Program-made: the position numbers and the translations under genes
Origin: Arenimonas sp.
GTDB lineage: Bacteria > Pseudomonadota > Gammaproteobacteria > Xanthomonadales > Xanthomonadaceae
Direction of reading: 5' to 3'
Length of the DNA: 64,000 bases
Assembly: GCA_031428155.1 (NCBI GenBank)
Contig: JANPOU010000069.1
Coordinates: 25,419-89,418 of the forward strand
Notes under the pieces: model-generated
Told to the model about the DNA's origin: nothing
The model's database searches: none
Seen by the model: the letters and a program-made list of their open reading frames with translations, nothing else
Shown: positions 49,654-59,002 of the stretch, one piece after another
Layout: each line of letters opens with the position of its first letter
How positions within the stretch are numbered: the first letter of the stretch is position 1

Positions 49654-50550
49654 ATGGCCGATGTGGCTTCCGGCATTGAGCAGTTTTTACAGCATATGCG
49701 CTTTGAACGGCAGGCTTCAATACACACATTAAGCAGTTATCAACGCGATTTGGCGGCCTGGCAAGTATATTGCCAAAGCAATGCCTTGCTAGATCCCAAT
49801 GCCGCGCAATTCAGCCATGTTCAGCAGTTTATGGCGCAGGAGCACCGCCGCGGCTTAGCGCCGAAAAGTGTGCAGCGCAGGCTTTCTGCACTGCGAAGCT
49901 TGTTCAAGTATTTATTGAAACAAGGCGCCATGAGCCACAACCCAAGCCAAGGTTTGCGTGCACCGAAAGCGCCGCGTAAATTGCCGCAAGTATTAGATGT
50001 GGATGAAGCGGTGCGCTTAGTGGAGCTACCAACCGATGGCGTGCTTGGCGTTCGCGATCGTGCCATGTTGGAACTACTGTATTCGTCTGGCTTGCGGGTA
50101 TCGGAGCTTTGCTCTCTCACTTGGCGAGATCTGGATTTAGACGATTGTTTAGTAACTGTGCTCGGCAAAGGCAATAAAACACGGGTTGTGCCGGTGGGAA
50201 GCCACGCCATTAGCGCCTTGCATGCCTTGCGCAAACAAGCAGGTGCGGCAAATACCGCGCCAGTTTTTCCAGGCCGTGCTGGTGCGTTTATCAGCACGCG
50301 CGCCATTCAATTACGCATGCGCCAATTGGCGCAAAAGCAGGGTATTTGGAAACGGGTGTATCCGCATTTATTGCGCCACTCGTTTGCTAGCCATATGTTG
50401 GAATCGTCAGGCGATTTACGCAGTGTGCAGGAACTACTCGGCCACGCCGATATTGCCACCACACAAATTTACACCCACCTCGATTTTCAGCGCTTAGCCA
50501 CGGTGTACGACGCCGCGCATCCGCGCGCGAAACGGAAGAAAGAATCATGA
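49654..50550 (+). CDS. xerC: Tyrosine recombinase XerC
   Basis: RDRAMLELLYSSGLR, GKGNK, PHLLRHSFASH, VQELLGH, TTQIYTH; dapF-yigA-xerC context. Confidence 0.95.
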   Translation: MADVASGIEQFLQHMRFERQASIHTLSSYQRDLAAWQVYCQSNALLDPNAAQFSHVQQFMAQEHRRGLAPKSVQRRLSALRSLFKYLLKQGAMSHNPSQGLRAPKAPRKLPQVLDVDEAVRLVELPTDGVLGVRDRAMLELLYSSGLRVSELCSLTWRDLDLDDCLVTVLGKGNKTRVVPVGSHAISALHALRKQAGAANTAPVFPGRAGAFISTRAIQLRMRQLAQKQGIWKRVYPHLLRHSFASHMLESSGDLRSVQELLGHADIATTQIYTHLDFQRLATVYDAAHPRAKRKKES

Positions 50551-50897
50551 GCATCAAACCAACCGATATCATCTTGCACCGCGCTTCGCACAAGTTGGAA
50601 GTGGCCTTTGAAGACGGCTCGCGCTATGAATTACCCTGCGAATATTTACGGGTGGAATCGCCTTCGGCTGAAGTGCAAGGCCACAGCCCAAGCCAACGTG
50701 TGTGGATTGGCGGCAAACGCGAGGTGAACATCTCCGCTATCGAACCCATCGGCAATTACGCGGTGGTGCTGCGCTTTAATGACGGCCACGATAGCGGCAT
50801 TTATACATGGAGCTTCCTCAAAGAATTGGGCGAAGAATATGACCTGCGTTGGGCTAGGTATTTGCTGGCTTTGGAAGAACAGGGTTTAGGGCGTTAA
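50547..50897 (+). CDS. DUF971 (GBBH-like N-terminal) protein
   Basis: EYLRVESPSAEVQGH, PIGNYAV, FNDGHDSGIYTW. Confidence 0.9.
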   Translation: MSIKPTDIILHRASHKLEVAFEDGSRYELPCEYLRVESPSAEVQGHSPSQRVWIGGKREVNISAIEPIGNYAVVLRFNDGHDSGIYTWSFLKELGEEYDLRWARYLLALEEQGLGR

Positions 50898-50933
50898 ATA
50901 TAGCGGCATGTTAAGGAAGGTGTATATTAAATC

Positions 50934-51788
50934 ATGCGCTCAAAATTGGAAATCAAAATGACTAGCAAAGACAATATGTTTGTAAAGCGCTCAGAAATTC
51001 TAATTCAAGATAATAACGGAAATGATTTACATAGAGCTTTTAATATTGTTTTTTTAAAATTAAAAAATATTAAAACTGAATCAAAATATAACCTACATGA
51101 TATCGATACAGGTATTATTCTTGAAAAAAGCCCAAATGAGAGAGTAAACGTTGAGATTTCAACGATAAATAGCTTGACTGCAGATATTGACGATTCTGAT
51201 CTTTACTCCGAATTTTATGCGTTAGAGAGCACGCCTGAATTAGCGGAAGTTAGTGCAGTAAAAATTAATAAAATATCTATTAGTTTATATCAGGGTGAAC
51301 CGATAAATTATAGCCAAATCAATAGCGAAGTCTATAAAGAAGGAATCTATAATGGTGAAAGTAGTATTTATATAAAGAATTCAGAATTAACTATTTATTT
51401 AACTGTACCATTCGATAGTTTTAACCAAGCATTTGAATATATTAATAATAACAATGCGTCAGTTCAAGTAAAACTATCAATGCTGTCATTCAAACGAACG
51501 AATGAAAGCTTTAGTGGGCATCAATCGTTATATATACCAATTAGCGGGCGTTTTAATCTTCGAAATTTTGCATATCTTTCAGCTTTAACTGTATTTCATA
51601 ATCCCGCTTTAAATCAGAATGCGGTTTCGAATGCTCAAGTTAAATCTGAGGATGACAGAGTTAATTCTAAAATAATTCAGGATTTTTATAAGGTTGAAGC
51701 TCCTCAGTTCCAAGGTACGTTAAATACGTTGAAGGCTTCTATATGGATTATTATTCTTTTGTTAATAATTCAAATTCTTAAATCGTGA
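50934..51788 (+). CDS. AT-rich hypothetical protein with C-terminal hydrophobic anchor
   Basis: 284-aa ORF; ends IWIIILLLIIQILKS; no recognised motif. Confidence 0.6.
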   Translation: MRSKLEIKMTSKDNMFVKRSEILIQDNNGNDLHRAFNIVFLKLKNIKTESKYNLHDIDTGIILEKSPNERVNVEISTINSLTADIDDSDLYSEFYALESTPELAEVSAVKINKISISLYQGEPINYSQINSEVYKEGIYNGESSIYIKNSELTIYLTVPFDSFNQAFEYINNNNASVQVKLSMLSFKRTNESFSGHQSLYIPISGRFNLRNFAYLSALTVFHNPALNQNAVSNAQVKSEDDRVNSKIIQDFYKVEAPQFQGTLNTLKASIWIIILLLIIQILKS

Positions 51789-51836
51789 AAATGTATTTCG
51801 ATAAATTTATTTTTTAAAGATGCTGGATTTTTTTAA

Positions 51837-52385
51837 ATGGACGATGATGAAGACATTATTAAAATTTTAAAATCAAGGCGTAAGTACGCCTCATTTTTTG
51901 AGTGGCCTAATAAAGAATTGAAAGAAATGGGAATTGCGAAATCATTTTCTAATTCGCTGATGATGTTTTTCAATATTCGAATACTAGATTTAAAAATTAA
52001 TAGCAAAGACCCACCAGATATCATTTGTAAAGATAATGAAAATAAAAAAATTGCCTTAGAAATAACAGAGATTGTTTGTAGAAAATCCATTGAATTGAAT
52101 CAAAAAGGCAAAGATGTATATAGGCAATGGAAATTAGACGAGCTTGTAGGCTATGTTCAGAATTCACTGAAAGATAAAGATAGAAAATTATTTAATAACG
52201 GCCCATATGATAAAATTTATGTGTGCTTATTTACGGATGAATTAACACTTTCATTCTATGATTTAAAAAATAGTTTAGAGTCAATCTATTTTGGAGAATT
52301 CACGAAAATTACAGATGCATTTATGTTGTTTTCTTATGATCCAGGCATTAAACAATATCCATTGCTGAGGCTGAAAATTAACTAA
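51837..52385 (+). CDS. AT-rich hypothetical protein, possible PD-(D/E)xK nuclease fold
   Basis: KEMGI...DPPDIIC...IALEITE pattern. Confidence 0.6.
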   Translation: MDDDEDIIKILKSRRKYASFFEWPNKELKEMGIAKSFSNSLMMFFNIRILDLKINSKDPPDIICKDNENKKIALEITEIVCRKSIELNQKGKDVYRQWKLDELVGYVQNSLKDKDRKLFNNGPYDKIYVCLFTDELTLSFYDLKNSLESIYFGEFTKITDAFMLFSYDPGIKQYPLLRLKIN

Positions 52386-52457
52386 ATGACTGAATTCAGT
52401 GCACGCCATAAACCACTTGCCTAAAGTCGCTCCTGCAAGATATGAGATAATAAGCCC

Positions 52458-53204
52458 ATGAACGATAAAACCACCCATTTCGGCTTCCGCGACGTACCGG
52501 TTGAAGAGAAGAAAAAACTGGTCGGCGAGGTGTTTTCCTCGGTAGCCGCTAAGTATGATGTGATGAACGATTTGATGTCGCTCGGTGTGCATCGCCTGTG
52601 GAAGCGCTATTTCACCGGCATGTCTGGCATTAAGCGTGGTGACCGCGTGCTTGATTTGGCCGGCGGCACCGGCGATATTGCCAAACTCTTGTTGGACCGC
52701 GTTGGCGAATCCGGCGAAATCGTTATTGGCGATATCAATAAAGAAATGCTTAGCGTTGGCCGCGATCGCTTAACCGATTTGGGCTTGCTCAAAGGCCTTA
52801 GTTATGTGCAGCTGAATGCCGAGGCATTGCCGTTCCCCGATAACAGTTTCGATGCCATTACCATGGCATTTGGCTTGCGCAACGTGACCGATAAACTCAC
52901 TGCGCTGAAATCGATGCATCGTATTCTGAAAGTTGGCGGCAAGCTGATGGTATTGGAATTTTCCGAAGTACAGGCTGATTGGTTCAAGCCGATTTACGAT
53001 TTTCATTCGTTTAAAGTGCTGCCAAAGCTCGGACAGTTAATCGCTGGCGATGCGCATAGCTATCAGTATTTAGCTGAATCAATTCGCAAGCATCCCAATC
53101 AAGCAGGCTTGAAGGCCTTGATGGAAGAAGCTGGCTTCGAGCAGTGCAGTGTTAAAAATTTATCTGGCGGTATTGTAGCAATCCATAGCGGCTTTAAAAT
53201 TTAA
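52458..53204 (+). CDS. ubiE: Ubiquinone/menaquinone C-methyltransferase
   Basis: [46 protein letters not shown]. Confidence 0.97.
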   Translation: MNDKTTHFGFRDVPVEEKKKLVGEVFSSVAAKYDVMNDLMSLGVHRLWKRYFTGMSGIKRGDRVLDLAGGTGDIAKLLLDRVGESGEIVIGDINKEMLSVGRDRLTDLGLLKGLSYVQLNAEALPFPDNSFDAITMAFGLRNVTDKLTALKSMHRILKVGGKLMVLEFSEVQADWFKPIYDFHSFKVLPKLGQLIAGDAHSYQYLAESIRKHPNQAGLKALMEEAGFEQCSVKNLSGGIVAIHSGFKI

Positions 53205-53213
53205 GGAATTATC

Positions 53214-55115
53214 ATGAGTAAGTTTGTATTCGCCGCCATGCTTTGCGCGAGTTTGTTGGGCTGTAAATCAGAACAAAATATGGATGCCAAAACCGCCAAT
53301 GTCATCGACACGCGTTTCATTGCCGATCCAAATTCTTACGCCCAAACCGATAAAGTACAGATTGAACATATTCGCTTGGATTTAACCGTTAACATGCAAC
53401 AGCGCACCTTGAAAGGCAGCGCTGATCTTGCCTTGCATTGGCTTGATCCAAAAGCCACGCAACTGGTATTGGATACACGTGATTTACGTATCACTTCCAT
53501 TCAAGGCGGCAATGGTAAAAATTGGCAGAAACTGAATTACACGCTCGCTACAACAGACCCAATGTATGGTTCGGCATTGCGCATTGCCATGCCGAAGCCA
53601 TTTGAACGGGTGCGTATTTTTTACCAAACCAGCCCAGAGGCCTCCGGCTTGCAATGGTTAACGCCAGAAATGACAGCCAGCAAACAACCGTTTATGTTCA
53701 GCCAATCGCAGGCCATTCATGCGCGTTCGTGGGTGCCACTGCAAGATACACCGAGCATTCGTTTTACCTACGAAGCTAAAATTAATACCGACAGTAACTT
53801 GATGGCATTGATGAGCGCCGACAACGACCCGAAAGCCCTGCGCGATGGTGCATACCGTTTCAATATGCCGCAGAAAATTCCGTCTTATTTATTGGCTATT
53901 GCTGTTGGCGATGTGGTGTTCGCACCGATTTCTGGGCGCTCTGGGGTGTGGGCTGAACCGAGTGTTGTGGCTGCGGCCGCGAAAGAGTTTGAAGATACAG
54001 AAAAAATGATTCAAGTTGCCGAACGATTGTATGGCCCGTATCAGTGGGGCCGCTACGATATGTTGATTTTACCGGCCAGTTTCCCGTTCGGCGGCATGGA
54101 AAATCCGCGCTTAAGTTTTATTACGCCAACGGTGATTGTGGGTGATAAATCCTTGACCAGCTTGATTGCGCATGAATTGGCGCACTCTTGGTCGGGCAAT
54201 TTAGTAACCAACAGCACCTGGAAAGACATGTGGTTGAATGAAGGCTTTACCAGTTATGTTGAAAACCGTATTGTTGATGAAGTATATGGTGTTGAACAAG
54301 CTGAGATGGAAAACGTCAACAGCCAATTCGGGCTTGGCAAAGACATGCAAGAGTTAGCACCTGCTGATCAATTGCTGGCGCTCGCGCCATTAGTAAATAA
54401 AAACCCCGATGATGCGCTCAGCCAAGTGCCGTATATTAAAGGCCAATGGTTCTTGATGTTTTTGGAGCAACGTTTTGGCCGCGAAAATTTCGATGCATTT
54501 TTACGCCAGTGGTTCACCACCCATGCCTTCACTAGCACGCACAGTGAAGAGTTCGAGCGTTTCATTAGCGCTGAGTTACTTGATAAGTATCCCGGCAAGG
54601 TCAGCATTGGCGAAGTTAGGGAATGGATGCACAAACCGGGCATTCCATCTTTTGCCAAGCCTGCGCAATCCAAACGCTTTGAAGCGGTTGATCAACAACA
54701 AATGCAATGGCAGAACGGCAGTACGCCAGCTGCCGAGCTGAAAACCCAAGCATGGACTAGCCACGAGTGGGTGCGCTTTATTGAAAAAATGCCCGAGACG
54801 CTATCCGCTAAACAACTGCAAGACTTAGACGCCGCCTTTACATTTACAGGTACAGCTAATCCTGAAATTGCCATGCGCTGGTATCCACTCACCGTTCGCA
54901 GCAATTATTTAGTAGCGCGCCCTGCCATTGAAGCGTATTTGATTAAAATTGGCCGTCGTAAATTAATTATGCCAACTTATAATGCACTCGCCAATACCGA
55001 CGAAGGCCGCACGTTTGCACAAGCAGTCTTTGCCAAAGCCAAACCTGGCTATCATCCCATCACGGTTGATTCGGTTGAGCAAGCATTAGCACCTAAAGAA
55101 ACTGTGGCTCAATGA
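53214..55115 (+). CDS. M1 aminopeptidase (LTA4H-like), lipoprotein
   Basis: LLGC lipobox, GGMEN, HELAH...WLNEG, IGRRK C-terminal domain. Confidence 0.92.
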   Translation: MSKFVFAAMLCASLLGCKSEQNMDAKTANVIDTRFIADPNSYAQTDKVQIEHIRLDLTVNMQQRTLKGSADLALHWLDPKATQLVLDTRDLRITSIQGGNGKNWQKLNYTLATTDPMYGSALRIAMPKPFERVRIFYQTSPEASGLQWLTPEMTASKQPFMFSQSQAIHARSWVPLQDTPSIRFTYEAKINTDSNLMALMSADNDPKALRDGAYRFNMPQKIPSYLLAIAVGDVVFAPISGRSGVWAEPSVVAAAAKEFEDTEKMIQVAERLYGPYQWGRYDMLILPASFPFGGMENPRLSFITPTVIVGDKSLTSLIAHELAHSWSGNLVTNSTWKDMWLNEGFTSYVENRIVDEVYGVEQAEMENVNSQFGLGKDMQELAPADQLLALAPLVNKNPDDALSQVPYIKGQWFLMFLEQRFGRENFDAFLRQWFTTHAFTSTHSEEFERFISAELLDKYPGKVSIGEVREWMHKPGIPSFAKPAQSKRFEAVDQQQMQWQNGSTPAAELKTQAWTSHEWVRFIEKMPETLSAKQLQDLDAAFTFTGTANPEIAMRWYPLTVRSNYLVARPAIEAYLIKIGRRKLIMPTYNALANTDEGRTFAQAVFAKAKPGYHPITVDSVEQALAPKETVAQ

Positions 55116-56026
55116 AAAAACTTCTAATCGGCATTGGTGCTTTGCTTTTATTAAGCGTAGGCTTCGTACAATTTTTCCCAGAGCAGGCATTGCAAGCAGA
55201 GTATGCACGACAACGTTTAATGGCTGGCGCCACGTCGAAAGTAAAAACGGTTGAGGGCGAGCGTTGGTCGTATTTAGAAGCCGGGCAAGGCGAGCTGATT
55301 GTATTGGTGCACGGCTATACCGGCAGTAAAGAAAATTGGTTGCCGATTATTGGTGCTTTGTCGAAACAACATCGTGTGATCGCTGTGGATTTACCGGGAT
55401 GGGGCGAAAGCATGCCGAAAGCCGGCCAAGATTATGGTCCGCTGGCTCAGGCTGCGCGCTTGAATGCGTTCTTGAAATCGGAAAACCAGCCAACCGCGTT
55501 ATTGGTTGGGCACTCGATGGGCGGCATGATTTCTGGCCTGCTCAGTGTTGATCACCCAGAGCAAGTGCAGCGTGTGGTGTTTATGTCGTCTGCTGGCGTG
55601 GCATTCACTGAAAATGAGTTTGCACGGCAAGTGCTAAAAGGCTATAACCCATTTGCCGAGTATGAAGCAGACGCATTGCTGAACTTTATGAAAACCTATG
55701 TATTCGCCGAACCGCCATATATTCCAAAAGCATTTGTTGGTGTGATTGTGCAGCAACGTGCGGCTAAGAAAGAATTTGAGAAAACCGTGTTTAATCAAAT
55801 TCGTTTAGGCCCAGAAGCATTTTTATTGCAAAAGCGCTTACCTTTGCTGCAGCAGCCGGCAGGATTATTGTGGTGCGATCAAGATAAAATTATTGATCCG
55901 AGCGCAGCGGTAGTTTTTGCCAAAGGCTTGAAGAAAACTGAGACCGAAATCCTGAAAGGTTGCGGCCATATGCCAATGATGGAACAACCGAAACAGGTGG
56001 CGGCATTTTTGTTAAAGCTGCTGTAA
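55112..56026 (+). CDS. Alpha/beta hydrolase (lipase/esterase)
   Basis: VHGY, DLPGWG, GHSMGG, CGHMPM. Confidence 0.88.
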   Translation: MKKLLIGIGALLLLSVGFVQFFPEQALQAEYARQRLMAGATSKVKTVEGERWSYLEAGQGELIVLVHGYTGSKENWLPIIGALSKQHRVIAVDLPGWGESMPKAGQDYGPLAQAARLNAFLKSENQPTALLVGHSMGGMISGLLSVDHPEQVQRVVFMSSAGVAFTENEFARQVLKGYNPFAEYEADALLNFMKTYVFAEPPYIPKAFVGVIVQQRAAKKEFEKTVFNQIRLGPEAFLLQKRLPLLQQPAGLLWCDQDKIIDPSAAVVFAKGLKKTETEILKGCGHMPMMEQPKQVAAFLLKLL

Positions 56027-56027
56027 T

Positions 56028-56561
56028 TTACTTGCCTTGCCGTTGCAGGGCGTTTAAATCGCGAACTAGGCTATTAGAATCCAATTTTTCCATGTCTTTG
56101 GGCTGTATGGTTAAGCACGTTTGTTTTAGCGCAACACATTGCGTTAAAGCTTCTGGCGGGCTGCTTGAAAAAATAAAATAAACAGCGTGTTCCGGGCGCG
56201 GCTTGGTAGTCATAAAGCGCTCAGCAATTTCCAATACGCTGGCCATTTGGTAAATATCACCTAAACTGGCGAAATAGGCAACCGAATCTGTACGGCTAAT
56301 ATTTGTGCCCGCCAATGTGGCCATTTGCCCGCGCGCTTGGCATGGCAATTCGCCGTTGTTTAAACCAAGCCGTGTGAATTGTAATAGTAGGTAGGCTTGT
56401 TGTTTGGATGTTTTTAATTCGGATATGGAATGCGCGTGTTGCTGAAAATCTTCGGCAGAGATTTCCGGCCCGAAACTGGTATTGATATGTGCTTGCACTG
56501 GGCTGCTGAAAAAGCCGTGGATCGTGGCAATAAGTAAAAATAACAAGACACTAAAACGCAT
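56028..56561 (-). CDS. Secreted protein resembling a reduced M28 peptidase
   Basis: EISAEDF...YLLLQFTRLGL and ASVLEIAERF...PRPEHAVYFIF echo M28 segments; RBS GGAGG; no intact metal ligands. Confidence 0.5.
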   Translation of the reverse strand: MRFSVLLFLLIATIHGFFSSPVQAHINTSFGPEISAEDFQQHAHSISELKTSKQQAYLLLQFTRLGLNNGELPCQARGQMATLAGTNISRTDSVAYFASLGDIYQMASVLEIAERFMTTKPRPEHAVYFIFSSSPPEALTQCVALKQTCLTIQPKDMEKLDSNSLVRDLNALQRQGK

Positions 56562-56611
56562 GAAACCTCCATCATAGAGGTTTCATTGTAAGCGACATTA
56601 GCTATTAACAC

Positions 56612-57361
56612 TCAGAAAGTGGGCTCTTTGCCAGTGAATACGATAGGCTTCAAGGAGCTTGCTTTGTCGGCTTCGGCTTCTAAATACATAATCTTGCCGT
56701 ATTTGGCAGTACTATGCACATACAGTTCAACTTCGCGTTCAAAAATGAGATTGCCAACAACCTGCGCATTCGGGCCAATAATAATGCGTGGCACTTTCGG
56801 TTTGCCCCAATTAATGCCCCAGCCGGAAGGCTTAGCTACTTTTAGGTGTCCGGAAATAATCGTGTTTTCACCCAAAGTGATACTGCCATTGACGGTTTCT
56901 ACATTGCCAAGAACTTTAACAGCGAGCAGTTTAATGCTGCCATTGACGTTCTCAACATGTGAGTTAATGATGCTGTGAGCGCCAATTTCAATGGAGCCAT
57001 TGACTGCTTCAACGCTTTGCTCGACGCGCAAATTGCTGACGCCAATAATCGAGCCATTAACAGTCTCCACGCTGCGTGCGCTCACGCCGTTGCGTAATAC
57101 AATGGCACCGTTCACGGTGCCAACATCGCGCAATCTAGCACCGGCATCAACCGTAATTTCACCGTTGACGGTTTCCACATCTCTGGCTATGGCTTTATTT
57201 TCAACGGAAATTGACCCGTTGACGGTATCGATATCGCCATAAGTTTGGCCTGCTTTGGCAACCAAACTGCCGTTGACTTTCGACAGGTCGGGTGCATCGG
57301 AGCTGGCAAAGGCAGCAGGCAATGCTGCGGCAAGAGCAAGAGCTAAAACTAGACGGTTCAT
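56612..57361 (-). CDS. Secreted beta-strand repeat protein (DUF4097/adhesin-like)
   Basis: Signal peptide; 8 repeats of xVNG(S/E/A)(I/L) at about 17-aa spacing. Confidence 0.75.
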   Translation of the reverse strand: MNRLVLALALAAALPAAFASSDAPDLSKVNGSLVAKAGQTYGDIDTVNGSISVENKAIARDVETVNGEITVDAGARLRDVGTVNGAIVLRNGVSARSVETVNGSIIGVSNLRVEQSVEAVNGSIEIGAHSIINSHVENVNGSIKLLAVKVLGNVETVNGSITLGENTIISGHLKVAKPSGWGINWGKPKVPRIIIGPNAQVVGNLIFEREVELYVHSTAKYGKIMYLEAEADKASSLKPIVFTGKEPTF

Positions 57362-57469
57362 AAATTATCCTCAGAGTGTTATGGCATTAGTATTGCCCTG
57401 ACTGCTAAAATTGTCATGTGCCTTTAGTTGGTAGGCTTAATGGCCTACCCCAAGGCTTAGGAGAAAGGT

Positions 57470-59002
57470 GTGGCGAAGGCAAAACCGATTGTACTACTCA
57501 TTCTAGACGGCTGGGGTTATCGCGCTGAGCGCGCAGACAACGCCATTGCCTTGGCTAAGCTACCGAATTGGCACGCATTATTAGGGGATTACCCACACAG
57601 CTTAATTCATACTGAGGGTAAGTTTGTGGGCCTGCCTGAGGGGCAAATGGGCAATTCAGAAGTCGGCCATATGAATATTGGCGCAGGGCGCATTGTCTAT
57701 CAAGATTTAACCCGCATTGACGCGGCCATTGAAGATGGCTCATTTAACCTAAATCCAATATTTCTAAACACCTTTGACGCGCTTAAAGCCAATGGCAAAT
57801 GCCTGCATGTAATGGGCTTATTGTCACCTGGTGGCGTGCATTCGCATGAGCAGCATATTTTCGCTTTGCTGCGCTTGGCCAAACAGCAGGGCGTAAAACA
57901 TGTGCAAGTGCATGCTTTTCTGGATGGCCGTGATATGCCGCCACAATCGGCTGAACCAAGTTTGCGTGCTTTGCAAGATGAGTGTGCCGAGTTAGGGCAA
58001 ACACGCATTGCCACGGTGATTGGCCGTTATTATGCGATGGACCGTGACCAACGCTGGGAGCGCATGCAAACTGCCTATCAGGCGTTAACCTTCGCGCAAG
58101 CTGATTTTCATGCGATTTCTGCAACCGAAGCTTTAGCGCAAGCTTACGCGCGTGGCGAAACCGATGAGTTTGTTAAAGCAACAGTGCTTGAACATGCCCA
58201 AGCCATGCAAGATGGCGATGCAATTGTGTTTATGAATTTTCGCGCCGACCGAGCTCGGCAATTAGCCGCATGTTATGTAGACGATACGTTTACTGGTTTT
58301 GATCTAGGCAGGCGACCAGAATTGTCGCGCTTCGTGTGCTTAAGTGAATACGATGCCAAGCTTAAAACCGCTGTTGCCTATGAATCAGAAAGCTTGCGCA
58401 ATACTTTGGCTGATGTGCTGGCCGCGAAAGGTCTTCAGCAATTGCGCATTGCCGAAACCGAAAAATATGCGCACGTCACATTCTTCTTCAATGGTGGTGT
58501 TGAACAGCCGGTGGCGGGCGAGCAGCGCATGCTAATTCCTTCGCCAAAAGTAGCCACCTACGATATGCAGCCTGAAATGAGCTGCCCGGAACTTACCGAT
58601 AAACTGACGCAAGCGATTGCAAGCGGGCAGTTTGATGTGATTATTTGCAATATAGCCAATCCTGATATGGTGGGCCATACCGGCAGTTTGAGTGCCGCTA
58701 TTCAAGCAACAGAAGCAGTGGATACTGCGATAGGGAAAATACGCGAAGCGGTGCTGGAAGTTGGCGGAGAATTGTTAGTCACCGCCGATCATGGCAATGT
58801 TGAAATGATGCGCGATCCAATAACCGGTGAGCCGCACACCTCGCATACGGTTGGGCCGGTGTATTTTGTGTATGTTGGGCGTAAAGCTGAATTACATGCT
58901 GGCGGCTCTTTGCGGGATATTGCACCAACTATTCTGCACTTGCTGGATATTCCAGTACCAAGCGAAATGACTGGGCAAAGCCTTGTTGAGTTTAGTTCAT
59001 GA
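57470..59002 (+). CDS. gpmI: 2,3-bisphosphoglycerate-independent phosphoglycerate mutase
   Basis: ILDGWG, GQMGNSEVGH, GRYYAMDRD, ETEKYAHVTFF, TADHGN. Confidence 0.97.
   Translation: MAKAKPIVLLILDGWGYRAERADNAIALAKLPNWHALLGDYPHSLIHTEGKFVGLPEGQMGNSEVGHMNIGAGRIVYQDLTRIDAAIEDGSFNLNPIFLNTFDALKANGKCLHVMGLLSPGGVHSHEQHIFALLRLAKQQGVKHVQVHAFLDGRDMPPQSAEPSLRALQDECAELGQTRIATVIGRYYAMDRDQRWERMQTAYQALTFAQADFHAISATEALAQAYARGETDEFVKATVLEHAQAMQDGDAIVFMNFRADRARQLAACYVDDTFTGFDLGRRPELSRFVCLSEYDAKLKTAVAYESESLRNTLADVLAAKGLQQLRIAETEKYAHVTFFFNGGVEQPVAGEQRMLIPSPKVATYDMQPEMSCPELTDKLTQAIASGQFDVIICNIANPDMVGHTGSLSAAIQATEAVDTAIGKIREAVLEVGGELLVTADHGNVEMMRDPITGEPHTSHTVGPVYFVYVGRKAELHAGGSLRDIAPTILHLLDIPVPSEMTGQSLVEFSS

Noticed and set aside
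49654-50550. Tyrosine recombinase near an AT-rich islet as a possible island integrase
   Set aside because: Sequence and dapF-yigA-xerC context identify housekeeping XerC; no att repeats seen.
57430-57449. Hairpin GGTAGGC-N6-GCCTACC upstream of gpmI as REP or riboswitch
   Set aside because: Single short stem, no second copy noticed and no recognisable aptamer.
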